DNA of 64,000 nucleotides from an uncultured Bacteroidales bacterium (GTDB taxonomy: Bacteria; Bacteroidota; Bacteroidia; Bacteroidales; ML635J-15): the NCBI GenBank assembly GCA_905234755.1, contig CAJOIT010000007.1, positions 50-64,049 on the forward strand. The letters run 5' to 3'. The translations under genes were made by a program, and so were the position numbers. Shown piece by piece: positions 43,602 to 52,383 of this stretch (position 1 is the first letter of the stretch; each line of letters opens with the position of its first letter). Under the pieces are notes generated by a model. It ran no database searches. It had not been told where the DNA came from and was given only the letters and a program-made list of their open reading frames with translations.

Positions 43602-44432
43602 TTATCTTGCCTTCAATCCAAGAATCTGTCTTGCTTCAGCAGGAGTTGCGATTCCACGACCGAGTTCCTTAGCGAGTCTTACTACCTTAGCAACGAGTTC
43701 ACCGTTAGATTTTGCCAAAACGCCCTTTTCAAGGTAAAGGTTGTCCTCGAAGCCAACGCGAACATTTCCGCCCATTGCTATTGCAGCGGCTGCCATCGGG
43801 AAAGCATTGCGGCCAACGCCTGTTACTGTCCATGTAGAACCAGCAGGAATGCCGTTAACAAGCCAGCAGAGGTTAGCAACTGTTGCTGGAGTGCAACCCG
43901 GAACGCCAAGTACGAAGTTGAACTGCATCGGGTCACCTGGAACCTGTCCCTTACGGGCCATTGTAAGAATGGTGTCAAGGTGTCCCATTTCGAAGCATTC
44001 GTATTCGGGCTTAATGCCGCGTTCAATCATGCGCTTGCCGAATGCACGCATTGTAGGCATTGTGTTGTCGAAAATTTCGTCACCGAAGTTGCAGGTGCCG
44101 CAGTCGAGTGTAGCCATTTCGGGAACTGGATTTGTATCGGTAGATTGCAGACGCTCATCAGGAGTCATACCTACAGCACCGCCAGTCGATGGGATAAGAA
44201 TTACATCGGGGCAAACCTTGAGGATAGCCTCGGTGCATTCCTGGAAGCGGTCGCGGCTCTGGGTAGGAGTACCGTCATCGAAACGAACATGCAGATGAAC
44301 GATAGCAGCACCAGCGTCAACAGCCGACTTTGCTTCGCGTACGATTTCCTCAACGGTATAAGGTACATTAGGATTTTGTTCCTTGGTAACTTCTGCGCCA
44401 CATATTGCGGCTGTGATTATCAGCTTTTCCAT
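43602..44432 (-). CDS. kce: 3-keto-5-aminohexanoate cleavage enzyme (BKACE/DUF849 family)
   Basis: 276 aa from MEKLIITAAICGAEVTKEQNPNVPYTVEEI...AAIVHLHVR. The start is set at 44432, 9 nt after the kal stop; the track's 44495 start would overlap kal. Confidence 0.8.
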   Translation of the reverse strand: MEKLIITAAICGAEVTKEQNPNVPYTVEEIVREAKSAVDAGAAIVHLHVRFDDGTPTQSRDRFQECTEAILKVCPDVILIPSTGGAVGMTPDERLQSTDTNPVPEMATLDCGTCNFGDEIFDNTMPTMRAFGKRMIERGIKPEYECFEMGHLDTILTMARKGQVPGDPMQFNFVLGVPGCTPATVANLCWLVNGIPAGSTWTVTGVGRNAFPMAAAAIAMGGNVRVGFEDNLYLEKGVLAKSNGELVAKVVRLAKELGRGIATPAEARQILGLKAR

Positions 44433-44440
44433 ATCGTACC

Positions 44441-44830
44441 TTATTTTTTTCTTTGACAATCCTTTGGTGTTACGCATGTTCCAGATGCACGGCAAACAAG
44501 TATCGGTTCATCCAATTCATCAGCAGCAGATGCTGAAATGTCGGGACGAGCAACAGCAACCTTGCGAGCTTCGAACATCATGTGGCGTGAAGTATTGCCT
44601 TCGCGGTCGATCCAACCTTCAGCCTCGATGAAGTCGCCTGCATAAACAGGAGCCTTGAATTCAATCATATCGTATGCGCAGAAAAGGCCTTCATCGCCGT
44701 CACGCATGATTAAAAGTTCGGTAGCCACATCGCCAAACAGATGTACCATGTGAGCACCATCAACCAAATTGCCACCGTAGTGTGCGTCCTTTGCGCTCAT
44801 GCGCAGTCTAATCTTTGTTCTGTATTCCAT
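44441..44830 (-). CDS. kal: 3-aminobutyryl-CoA ammonia-lyase (hotdog fold)
   Basis: 129 aa. [26 protein letters not shown] matches Kal of lysine-fermentation clusters, and the gene is adjacent to kce. Confidence 0.7.
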   Translation of the reverse strand: MEYRTKIRLRMSAKDAHYGGNLVDGAHMVHLFGDVATELLIMRDGDEGLFCAYDMIEFKAPVYAGDFIEAEGWIDREGNTSRHMMFEARKVAVARPDISASAADELDEPILVCRASGTCVTPKDCQRKK

Positions 44831-44988
44831 GTTCTAAATTTCTAATTTGAAGATTTGATAATTTGATAATTCAATGATTATGATGGGCTTGAAGGCTCAA
44901 AGTCTTAAAGGCTTGAAGACGGCTTTTTGCCTTTTAGACTTCTAGCCTTTTCTTCTTTCTGCCTGTTAGCCTGCAAACCTTGTCGCCC

Positions 44989-45633
44989 TTATTTTACAAT
45001 ATAGTCAACGAAGATGTTCTGGGTATGGATTGCTTCAGGAGCAATTTCACCAACCTTAACGATGTTCTCGATTTCTGCGATAACAACATCAGCTGCCATA
45101 GCCATCATCGGGTTGAAGTTCTGGGTTGTGCCCTTGAAAACGAGGTTACCAGTTTCGTCACCAACGGTTGCACCAAGTAATGCGATGTCAGCGTGAATCG
45201 GGAGTTCGAGGAGATAGTCCTTGCCATCTACATTAATTACGCGTTTCCCTTCTGCTACAACGGTTCCAAGTCCAGTTGGAGTAAGAACACCACCAAGACC
45301 AGCTCCACCGCAACGGATGCGTTCTGCAAGAGTTCCCTGAGGTACGAATTCGATTTCGAGTTCCTTCGAGTTCAACTGTGCGATAGTCTCCGGATTTGTA
45401 CCGATGTGCGAAACTATTGCCTTCTTAACCTGATGGTTTGCAACGAGAATACCTACGCCCTTGTCAACAAAAGCGGTATCGTTACCTATGATGGTAAGGT
45501 TCTTGATTCCTGCATCGTGTATTCCCTTCAACACCTTGTTGGCTGAACCTACACCTAAAAATCCGCCGATCATGAGGGTCATTCCGTCCTTCACCATTGA
45601 TACGGCCTGTTCTACTGAAATGAATTTATCCAT
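44989..45633 (-). CDS. 3-oxoacid CoA-transferase, subunit A
   Basis: 214 aa. It has DGMTLMIGGFLGVG, PQGTLAERIRCGGAGLGG and ...NIFVDYIV. This is the subunit A pattern; no subunit B gene is adjacent. Confidence 0.8.
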   Translation of the reverse strand: MDKFISVEQAVSMVKDGMTLMIGGFLGVGSANKVLKGIHDAGIKNLTIIGNDTAFVDKGVGILVANHQVKKAIVSHIGTNPETIAQLNSKELEIEFVPQGTLAERIRCGGAGLGGVLTPTGLGTVVAEGKRVINVDGKDYLLELPIHADIALLGATVGDETGNLVFKGTTQNFNPMMAMAADVVIAEIENIVKVGEIAPEAIHTQNIFVDYIVK

Positions 45634-45803
45634 AATTAATTCCTTTAATTTATCTGTTGTTAAAAAACGGCTTCAAATATAGCACAAAATTTTTGTTCGC
45701 GTAAAAAATATTTGATGTTTGTTTTTGTGCATCTTTGTTTCTGTGTTTCTGTGGAGACGCAAAATTTTGCGTCTGTACATTTTGTTGTTTTTTCAGTAGG
45801 CGG

Positions 45804-47048
45804 TTATATCGTCAGGCTGTTTGATTTCAGTTTTCTCGTTACTATTCTCACTGGCACCCAGGCGGCAAACAATCCGATAATCATTACCGCAATAAACGAC
45901 CACAAAATGTCAATCATATTTACAACAACCGGATATGCATCAATGATAAACGAACCGCTTCCTCCGCCGAGTTTTACAAATCCGTATGTCATTTGCAACC
46001 AGCAGATAAGTCCACCGAAAATCAGTCCTGCCACTGCACCGACCAAACTAACACCAACGCCTTCGATGAAGAAGATTCGCCTTATCGCCTTGTCATCGGC
46101 ACCCATGCTACGAAGTATGGAAATGTCGTTGCGTTTGTCGATTATAAGCATTGTAATAGATGCAATTATGTTGAACGATGCAATCAACAATATGAATATC
46201 AGTATCATAAATATTGCCCACTTTTCCGACTGCATAATCTTGTAGGCGTACTCATGCTGCTGTTTTCGGTCAAGAATTTGAAACTCGTCACCTAATTTTT
46301 GCGAAAGATATTCCACAGACTTGTCATTGTCGGCATTACGCTTCAATTTCAATTCAACAGCACCAACTTCGGTTTCAAATTCCAACAGTTTTCGCACCTC
46401 ATCGATTGGCAAAACCACATACTTGGTGTCGTACTCTTGTTGTATTGCAAAAATTCCTGAAGGATAGGTCGTTATTCTATTGAGAATGTCGGAGGCGGCA
46501 TCGCTGAAGTTGCCATGTATTTCCTTTGTGCGACTTGGAATATTGATTGTCAACGGTTCAAGGTAGTCGCATAAAACGCCCATAGAGTATGCCACACCAG
46601 AGCCCATGATTGCACAAGGAACACCTTCATTGTACAAAAGCGGTTCGCCACGCACAACCATAGTGTCGAGTCCTGTAGTTTCTAAAAATTTGTCATCTAC
46701 TCCCTTTATTGTGGCGATAAGTTGTTTGTCGTCATATTGCAGAAGGGCGTTTTCCTCGATTGTGTACGATGCCGATGCAATGAAGTCGCATCCATCTATA
46801 GCTGACTTGAATTTTTCATCGGGAACGAAGGTTTTTCCATGCACTGGCATCACCTTTATGTCGGGGTCGAATGAATTGTTGAGCCTTGTGAGCAAATCCT
46901 CGAAACCGTTGAATACGGACATGACTATCACCAGTGCTGCCGTGCCTACGGCAACTCCCAGAATGGAAATTATGGAAATGATGTTTATCGCATTGCGCGA
47001 TTTTTTCGACACCAAATACCGTGATGCTATGTAGAAAGGAAAGTTCAT
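45804..47048 (-). CDS. FtsX-like ABC transporter permease (LolC/E-like)
   Basis: 414 aa. It has the N-terminal TM SRYLVSKKSRNAINIISIISILGVAVG, a large periplasmic loop and C-terminal FtsX TM helices. Confidence 0.8.
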   Translation of the reverse strand: MNFPFYIASRYLVSKKSRNAINIISIISILGVAVGTAALVIVMSVFNGFEDLLTRLNNSFDPDIKVMPVHGKTFVPDEKFKSAIDGCDFIASASYTIEENALLQYDDKQLIATIKGVDDKFLETTGLDTMVVRGEPLLYNEGVPCAIMGSGVAYSMGVLCDYLEPLTINIPSRTKEIHGNFSDAASDILNRITTYPSGIFAIQQEYDTKYVVLPIDEVRKLLEFETEVGAVELKLKRNADNDKSVEYLSQKLGDEFQILDRKQQHEYAYKIMQSEKWAIFMILIFILLIASFNIIASITMLIIDKRNDISILRSMGADDKAIRRIFFIEGVGVSLVGAVAGLIFGGLICWLQMTYGFVKLGGGSGSFIIDAYPVVVNMIDILWSFIAVMIIGLFAAWVPVRIVTRKLKSNSLTI

Positions 47049-47387
47049 CTACGACTTTAGAGCCTTCTCGATGCGTTCAACCTCATCGAAACTGTCATCA
47101 AGGTAGAAAATAAGTTCGGGAACACGGCGCACATCGTTGCGGATTGCATTTCCGAGTTCGTAGCGTATTCTCGAAACATTGGTATTTATTTCCTTTATTA
47201 TTGCTTGACCATCGGTTGATGGGAAAATGCTGAGGTATATCTTTGCAAGTCCTAGGTCTGGCGACATTCGCACGCCAGTAATTGTAAGTAATCTGCCCGG
47301 CACCAAACCGTTGAACTTAAACTGCAATACATTTGCCAGTTCCTTCTGAACCAAGCCGGCAACCTGTGTCTGTCTCTTTGAATCCAT
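47049..47387 (-). CDS. rbfA: Ribosome-binding factor A
   Basis: 112 aa. RQTQVAGLVQKELANVL...ITGVRMSPDLGLAKIYLS is the RbfA pattern. Confidence 0.85.
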   Translation of the reverse strand: MDSKRQTQVAGLVQKELANVLQFKFNGLVPGRLLTITGVRMSPDLGLAKIYLSIFPSTDGQAIIKEINTNVSRIRYELGNAIRNDVRRVPELIFYLDDSFDEVERIEKALKS

Positions 47388-47397
47388 CTGTCCTTAT

Positions 47398-48207
47398 TTA
47401 AAGCCTTTCTATCATCTTTGTAAAAATCTCCGTCATCTTCGATTCGGAGGCAGCAGCAACCTTCTGTACTTCCTCGTGCGACACCTCCACAATCTTGTCG
47501 GGCACACCGAGGTCGGTAATTATCGACATCGCAAAGCACGGAATCCTCATCTGGCGCGCCACAATTGCTTCGGGTACGGTTGACATACCTACGGCATCGG
47601 CACCGACTGTACGGAAATATCTGTATTCGGCAGGTGTCTCGAATGTCGGTCCTGTGGTGGCAAGATATACGCCTTTCTGCAACTTGTAGCCAAGTTCATT
47701 GGCAATGCTCTCGGCGCTGGCTATCAGCGATTTGTCGTAAACGCAACTCATATCGGGGAAACGGTCACCATCTTCTGGATTGTGCTTGCCGATAAGCGGA
47801 TTTGGCAACAGGCATATATGGTCGCTGATGATCATCAGGTCGCCAATCTCGAAGTCTGGATTTACGCCACCGCTGGCATTCGACACGAAAAGGTACTTTA
47901 TACCCAAGCGTATCAATGTCCTTGTTGCAAAAACAAGTTGTTTCATCGAATAGCCTTCGTAGTAGTGGAATCGTCCCTGCATGGCAACGACAATTTTTCC
48001 TCCAAGTCTGCCAAGTATAAGCCTTCCGCTGTGTCCTTCCACGGTAGAAACTGGAAAGTCGGGAATTTCCTCGTATGGAATAGCCTCGATAATGTCGATT
48101 ACCTTGACCAATCCGCCAAGTCCAGTACCTAATATTATGCCCACTTCGGGAGTTTCCTTAAAGCGAGCTTTGATAAAGTTTATTGTAGCGTTTGTTGTTT
48201 CTGACAT
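47398..48207 (-). CDS. Purine nucleoside phosphorylase (PunA/PNP family)
   Basis: 269 aa. It has GIILGTGLG, VEGHSGRLILG, MQGRFHYYEGY and VGMSTVPE. Confidence 0.85.
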   Translation of the reverse strand: MSETTNATINFIKARFKETPEVGIILGTGLGGLVKVIDIIEAIPYEEIPDFPVSTVEGHSGRLILGRLGGKIVVAMQGRFHYYEGYSMKQLVFATRTLIRLGIKYLFVSNASGGVNPDFEIGDLMIISDHICLLPNPLIGKHNPEDGDRFPDMSCVYDKSLIASAESIANELGYKLQKGVYLATTGPTFETPAEYRYFRTVGADAVGMSTVPEAIVARQMRIPCFAMSIITDLGVPDKIVEVSHEEVQKVAAASESKMTEIFTKMIERL

Positions 48208-49270
48208 AAGTAATTATTTGATTGTTAAACAATTTCTTTTCTTCATCATCGCAAAGCAACTCGATTCTGATTGGAATGTAATACATGTACGGTTTAAGTT
48301 CGTCATCGATGAACTTACTTGTACGTAAGCGCACGGCATCCTTTTCGGTAAGGATTATTACTTTAGGCCCGCTCATTTCGGCAAAAGTCTTTTTTATTTT
48401 CTGAACATCGGCAGCCGAAAAATTGTGATGATCCGAATACGACAGATGTACAACACCCTTCGATTTCTCCATTAGCATTTCAACAAAACTTTCTGGGTGT
48501 GCTATTCCCGTGACAGCAAGCACATTGCAATCCTTCAGTCTTGTGTAGTCGAGTTTCTTGTTATTTTTGAACACCGACATCGGATTTTCGTATATTACCG
48601 TAGTAAACGAAAGGTGCTGGTATGGCAAAACGCCCACTTCCTTTGTCAAAATCCGCCTGTCCATTGGCGTAAGTTTCGGAGGGCAGTTGGTATAAAACAG
48701 CAAATGAGCTCGGTGTACATTCGACTTCGATTCGCGCAAGCGACCAAGAGGCATAACATGGTCGCTTGAAATAGGATAGTTGTAGTTTATCAGCAAGATG
48801 TGCAGTCCTGGATTTATGCGCCTGTGCTGGAAAGCATCATCAAGAATAATCAGGTTTAGGTCGGGGTAAAGTTCGCGCAGTTTTTCAACGCCCTTGTTCC
48901 TGTTTTCACACACAGCTACAACAACATCCTTGAATTTGCGTTTTACCTGCAAGGGTTCGTCACCGCAAAGAGTATAGTCGTCGTCGGCTTCCACAATGCG
49001 GAATCCTTTTGTTTTGCGCTTATAGCCACGGCTCAACATTGCAGTCTTGAAATCGTCCTTCAGCATACGGATTACATACTCAACATGCGGTGTCTTGCCA
49101 GTACCGCCTACGCTAATGTTGCCAACAGAAATTATCGGAAGGTCGTATTCCTTTGATTTCAACATTCCGTTTTCATACATGAAATTCCTTACATCGCCTA
49201 TAAATTTGTATATAAGCGACAGCGGCCAGAGCAATATGAACCGAAAGAAACCGACCTTATGACTACTCAT
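48158..49270 (-). CDS. lpxK: Tetraacyldisaccharide 4'-kinase
   Basis: 370 aa. It has the P-loop VGNISVGGTGKTP and the LpxK-typical N-terminal membrane anchor. Its 3' end overlaps the PNP start by 50 nt. Confidence 0.85.
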   Translation of the reverse strand: MSSHKVGFFRFILLWPLSLIYKFIGDVRNFMYENGMLKSKEYDLPIISVGNISVGGTGKTPHVEYVIRMLKDDFKTAMLSRGYKRKTKGFRIVEADDDYTLCGDEPLQVKRKFKDVVVAVCENRNKGVEKLRELYPDLNLIILDDAFQHRRINPGLHILLINYNYPISSDHVMPLGRLRESKSNVHRAHLLFYTNCPPKLTPMDRRILTKEVGVLPYQHLSFTTVIYENPMSVFKNNKKLDYTRLKDCNVLAVTGIAHPESFVEMLMEKSKGVVHLSYSDHHNFSAADVQKIKKTFAEMSGPKVIILTEKDAVRLRTSKFIDDELKPYMYYIPIRIELLCDDEEKKLFNNQIITYVRNNKRYNKLYQSSL

Positions 49271-49403
49271 ACTTTAAAAATTTCGGGGAAAAATAATACT
49301 TTCCCACGGACTGACAAAATTAATTGCTTTTTATTTTTCAAAACAGAGATTTTTTTCATGGAATAATTTTATTTTTGCAAGGTAAAAAAATCAGTATTCT
49401 TAT

Positions 49404-50096
49404 ATGAAAGAATATACCCAACAGATACTTTTGTACCTAGGCAGACATAAGGATACCGAGGTGGCCAAGTCCATGTCGAAAGCAACAAAGGGGGAAACCA
49501 AGTTTCTCGGCATAAAGACCACGGAGCTTAAAAATATCTTCAAGGCGATATTCACAACCTACCCGTTGCCCAAAAGCAACGACACAAAGAGCATAATCCG
49601 TGAATTTTTTGCAATGGAGGAGCGCGAGTACCTTTATTTTGGTATAGAACTTTTCGCAAAGCGCAAGAAAATGTGGAACAAAACCGACATTGTCTTTGTT
49701 GAGAGTCTGATTTTAACCCAGCCGGGATGGGATACTACAGAGTATATTGCAACAGATATTGTATCGCACTTCTACGAAATGTTCCCGAAGGTTACGCTTG
49801 AGTTCCTTGAATCGTGGAGCACATCGAAAAATCCATGGCTTAAGGCAACTGCAATAATGTTTCAGCGCAAAATGAAGGACAAGACCGATAAGGAATTGCT
49901 TGGAAGATTCATTTCGGAAAACCTTGGAACAAACGATGAAATAATAAACAGAGCTATTGGTTCGGCACTCAGGGACTATTCCAAAAGCAATCATAGGTGG
50001 GTTCTCGAAAATGTGGTGCAGAACAGTGAAAAAATGAACAAAAAGACAAAACAGGAAGCAATAAAATGGATAGACAGCAAGGGCTTAATAAAGTAG
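49404..50096 (+). CDS. DNA alkylation repair protein (AlkD-like HEAT-repeat glycosylase family)
   Basis: 230 aa. The helical-repeat sequence has family-like blocks (FLGIKTTELKNI, REYLYFGIELF, NRAIGSALRDYSK). Confidence 0.65.
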   Translation: MKEYTQQILLYLGRHKDTEVAKSMSKATKGETKFLGIKTTELKNIFKAIFTTYPLPKSNDTKSIIREFFAMEEREYLYFGIELFAKRKKMWNKTDIVFVESLILTQPGWDTTEYIATDIVSHFYEMFPKVTLEFLESWSTSKNPWLKATAIMFQRKMKDKTDKELLGRFISENLGTNDEIINRAIGSALRDYSKSNHRWVLENVVQNSEKMNKKTKQEAIKWIDSKGLIK

Positions 50097-51073
50097 AGCC
50101 GTTAGATATAGATACACTTTTCGGAAAAATAAAGGATAAGAAGGCAATCGTTGTCGGCGATGTAATGATTGATTCGTACATGTTTGGCAAGGTTAATCGC
50201 ATTTCGCCTGAGGCACCTGTGCCTGTGGTTTCGGTGTCCGAGAGAAAATACCGTCTTGGTGGTGCGGCAAATGTCGCACTCAATATGGCGGCTTTCGGGG
50301 CTAAGGTTTTCTTATGTGCTGTAATCGGCAACGACAGCATGGGACATGCTTTCCGTGAATTGCTTCACGAACACAATCTTCCCGACAATGGCATAATCAG
50401 CAGCGAAAACCGCAAGACAACCACCAAGACGCGTGTCATCAGCGGTGGTCAGCATTTGATCCGCATCGATGACGAGGATGCATCGCAGATTTCGGATGAA
50501 CTGAAGGAAATCTTGATGTTCCGCATTTCGCAGATTATCGAGAACGAGCATATCGATGTGCTCATTTTCGAGGATTATGACAAGGGGTTACTTTCGCCTG
50601 ACATTATCCACCGCATTACAATGCTATGCCGACAAAACAAGATAAAGGTCACAGTTGACCCCAAGAAGCGCAACTTTGATGCTTATAAGTATGTTACCTT
50701 GTTCAAGCCGAACCTAAAGGAATTTTGCGAAGGTTGCAAGATTGACCGCAGCACCAATGTTGAAACACTAAAGCCGTATGCCAAAGATTTCATGATTCGC
50801 AACAATATTGACATGCTGATGGTTACGCTTTCGGAAAATGGAATCTTCATTTGCAATCGCAAGGAATCTGTTCATATTCCCGCCCAAATCCGCGACATAG
50901 TGGATGTTTCTGGTGCTGGCGATACCGTTATAAGCGTTGCATCTCTTTTGCTTACTGCTACAGACGATATTCACGAAATAGCCCGTATTGCCAACTTTGC
51001 TGGTGGTATCGTGTGCGAAAAGGTTGGGGTTGTGCCGGTTGATGTTGAGGTACTAAAGCAGAAAATATCGTAA
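50066..51073 (+). CDS. D-glycero-beta-D-manno-heptose-7-phosphate kinase (RfaE/HldE domain I only)
   Basis: 335 aa PfkB kinase. It has VVGDVMIDSYMFGKVNRISPEAPVPVV and DVSGAGDTV, with no adenylyltransferase domain. Confidence 0.8.
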   Translation: MDRQQGLNKVEPLDIDTLFGKIKDKKAIVVGDVMIDSYMFGKVNRISPEAPVPVVSVSERKYRLGGAANVALNMAAFGAKVFLCAVIGNDSMGHAFRELLHEHNLPDNGIISSENRKTTTKTRVISGGQHLIRIDDEDASQISDELKEILMFRISQIIENEHIDVLIFEDYDKGLLSPDIIHRITMLCRQNKIKVTVDPKKRNFDAYKYVTLFKPNLKEFCEGCKIDRSTNVETLKPYAKDFMIRNNIDMLMVTLSENGIFICNRKESVHIPAQIRDIVDVSGAGDTVISVASLLLTATDDIHEIARIANFAGGIVCEKVGVVPVDVEVLKQKIS

Positions 51074-51098
51074 TAGATTTTTTTTGCTAAAATATCTA

Positions 51099-51584
51099 TT
51101 ACATCTTCGAATAGCAGTCCTTGAAATCCTGAAATCTTGCCATCCAATGCTGCTCGCGCTCGTGGGTGAACTCGTCGCGCTCGATGGTTGAATACTCGTC
51201 AAATTGGTGAAGAATCTGGAAGTTGCCATCGTCGTGGTGTTGTGCGGCGGTGAGTTCGGCTAGGGGCGAATCGGGTTGCTGACCAATGTGGTGCAGTTCG
51301 TAGGGGTCGCCGTTTTCGTCGTGCGGAGGATAACCTTCGCCCATAAGGTCGGCATTGCACCAGTCCCAGTATTCAGGATGCTTGCGTCCGTACCAGTTGC
51401 GGCAGTTGTAGGCCTCGCCTACTATGGTTGGATTCAGCAGTGCCGCTTTTCCGTTTACACGCCCTTCCTTAAGCCCCGCCTTAATATAAACATTGGCTTC
51501 GTTCATGTCGCGGATGTAGTCGGTAATTGCCGATGACCAACCGGTGCGAAGCTTCAGTGTCATTTTTTCTAAGGTTGATAGCAT
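51099..51584 (-). CDS. Stand-alone HNH/EndoVII-fold (LHH / GH-E-like) nuclease-domain protein, putative
   Basis: 161 aa. DENGDPYELHHIGQQPDSPLAELTAAQHHDDGNFQILH resembles the LHH/GH-E toxin-type HNH/EndoVII motifs. No signal peptide or delivery domain is present. Confidence 0.45.
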   Translation of the reverse strand: MLSTLEKMTLKLRTGWSSAITDYIRDMNEANVYIKAGLKEGRVNGKAALLNPTIVGEAYNCRNWYGRKHPEYWDWCNADLMGEGYPPHDENGDPYELHHIGQQPDSPLAELTAAQHHDDGNFQILHQFDEYSTIERDEFTHEREQHWMARFQDFKDCYSKM

Positions 51585-51623
51585 AAATAGAATTTACGAT
51601 TTACGATTTTTGATTGTGCAAAT

Positions 51624-51932
51624 TTATGCAAATAAATGAGCAATTCCAACCACGACGAGCGCAATTATTGCAATAATTAAAACTCCCAGAACTATTATGA
51701 CCCACTTTATGCCCTTGACAATCTTTGCAAGGTGTTCGTTGGATTCTTTCAGGTACGACTGGATAAGATTTAAACTACCCGTTACTGTTATAAGTATATC
51801 GTCAACCCATCCTGCTACTGGAATGGCATCTGGCAAAAGGTCAATTGGTGATATTGCATATATTAATCCTATTACTGCCCAAATCCACGCGCCAACGTGC
51901 GATTCTTTCTTTTCTTCTAAATATTCTGACAT
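51624..51932 (-). CDS. DUF1232 (YkvA-like) membrane protein
   Basis: 102 aa from MSEYLEEKK. It has the DUF1232 core SPIDLLPDAIPVAGWVDD and a C-terminal TM helix. The start is set at 51932, 5 nt after the upstream stop. Confidence 0.7.
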   Translation of the reverse strand: MSEYLEEKKESHVGAWIWAVIGLIYAISPIDLLPDAIPVAGWVDDILITVTGSLNLIQSYLKESNEHLAKIVKGIKWVIIVLGVLIIAIIALVVVGIAHLFA

Positions 51933-51936
51933 AACT

Positions 51937-52152
51937 TTATCTCCTTTCTTCCATTTCTTCCCATATTCGTTTGTAAGATAATTTGGTAAATATATTGACA
52001 AAGGGCCAAATCGAATCAGGCATTGTCCTTATGCTTCCGCAATGCGGGCATGGTTGTGGTACAGACATCATAGTAGCCATATATTCAATGTCTGGAGCCT
52101 TGAATATCTCAGCGCACTCTGTGCATTTGAATCTTGTTATTCCTCGATACAT
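51937..52152 (-). CDS. Small zinc-ribbon protein
   Basis: 71 aa with CTEC ... CPHC cysteine pairs (FKCTECAEIF...PQPCPHCGS). It is the first gene of a three-gene minus-strand operon. Confidence 0.5.
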   Translation of the reverse strand: MYRGITRFKCTECAEIFKAPDIEYMATMMSVPQPCPHCGSIRTMPDSIWPFVNIFTKLSYKRIWEEMEERR

Positions 52153-52243
52153 AATTTCTAAATTTTATGAGGCAAAGATAATGTGTTAAAATGCCAAAAG
52201 AAGGCAGTGCCTAAATTTTTTTCGCCAGTCACAGTACCATTAA

Positions 52244-52373
52244 ATATGCATTCACCGAAAAATAGTATCGTTTGTTTTTCGGTGAACAAGAAAAAATATG
52301 CTTTCACCGAAAAATAGTCAAGTTTATTTTTCGGTTAACGAGAAAAATTGTATCTTTGCCGAAAAATAAACGA
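52244..52373 (+). repeat. 52-bp tandem units, each an inverted repeat TTCACCGAAAAATA-N-TTTTTCGGTGAA, upstream of ATPase 3
   Basis: Unit 1 (52244-52295) and unit 2 (52296-52347) are near-identical. A third partial unit (from 52348, gccgaaaaataaacg) overlaps the -7 box TAtcTTTG (52351-52358). Confidence 0.85.
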
Positions 52374-52383
52374 GGATTTAGTA

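Noticed and set aside
43569-44456. 295-aa and 185-aa + strand ORFs
   Set aside because: Both are antisense to kce (BKACE), which has clear family motifs and operon coupling with kal. The + strand products are Cys/Ser/Ala-rich with no recognisable domain.
45712-46245. 177-aa + strand ORF
   Set aside because: It is antisense to the lolE-like permease. Its hydrophobic look mirrors the TM helices on the other strand.
48158-48207. 50-nt overlap between the lpxK 3' end and the PNP start as a possible frameshift or mis-assembly
   Set aside because: Both reading frames give family-typical termini (PNP N-terminus ...INFIKARF...GIILGTGLG). Overlaps of this size occur in compact operons, and nothing in the sequence indicates an error.
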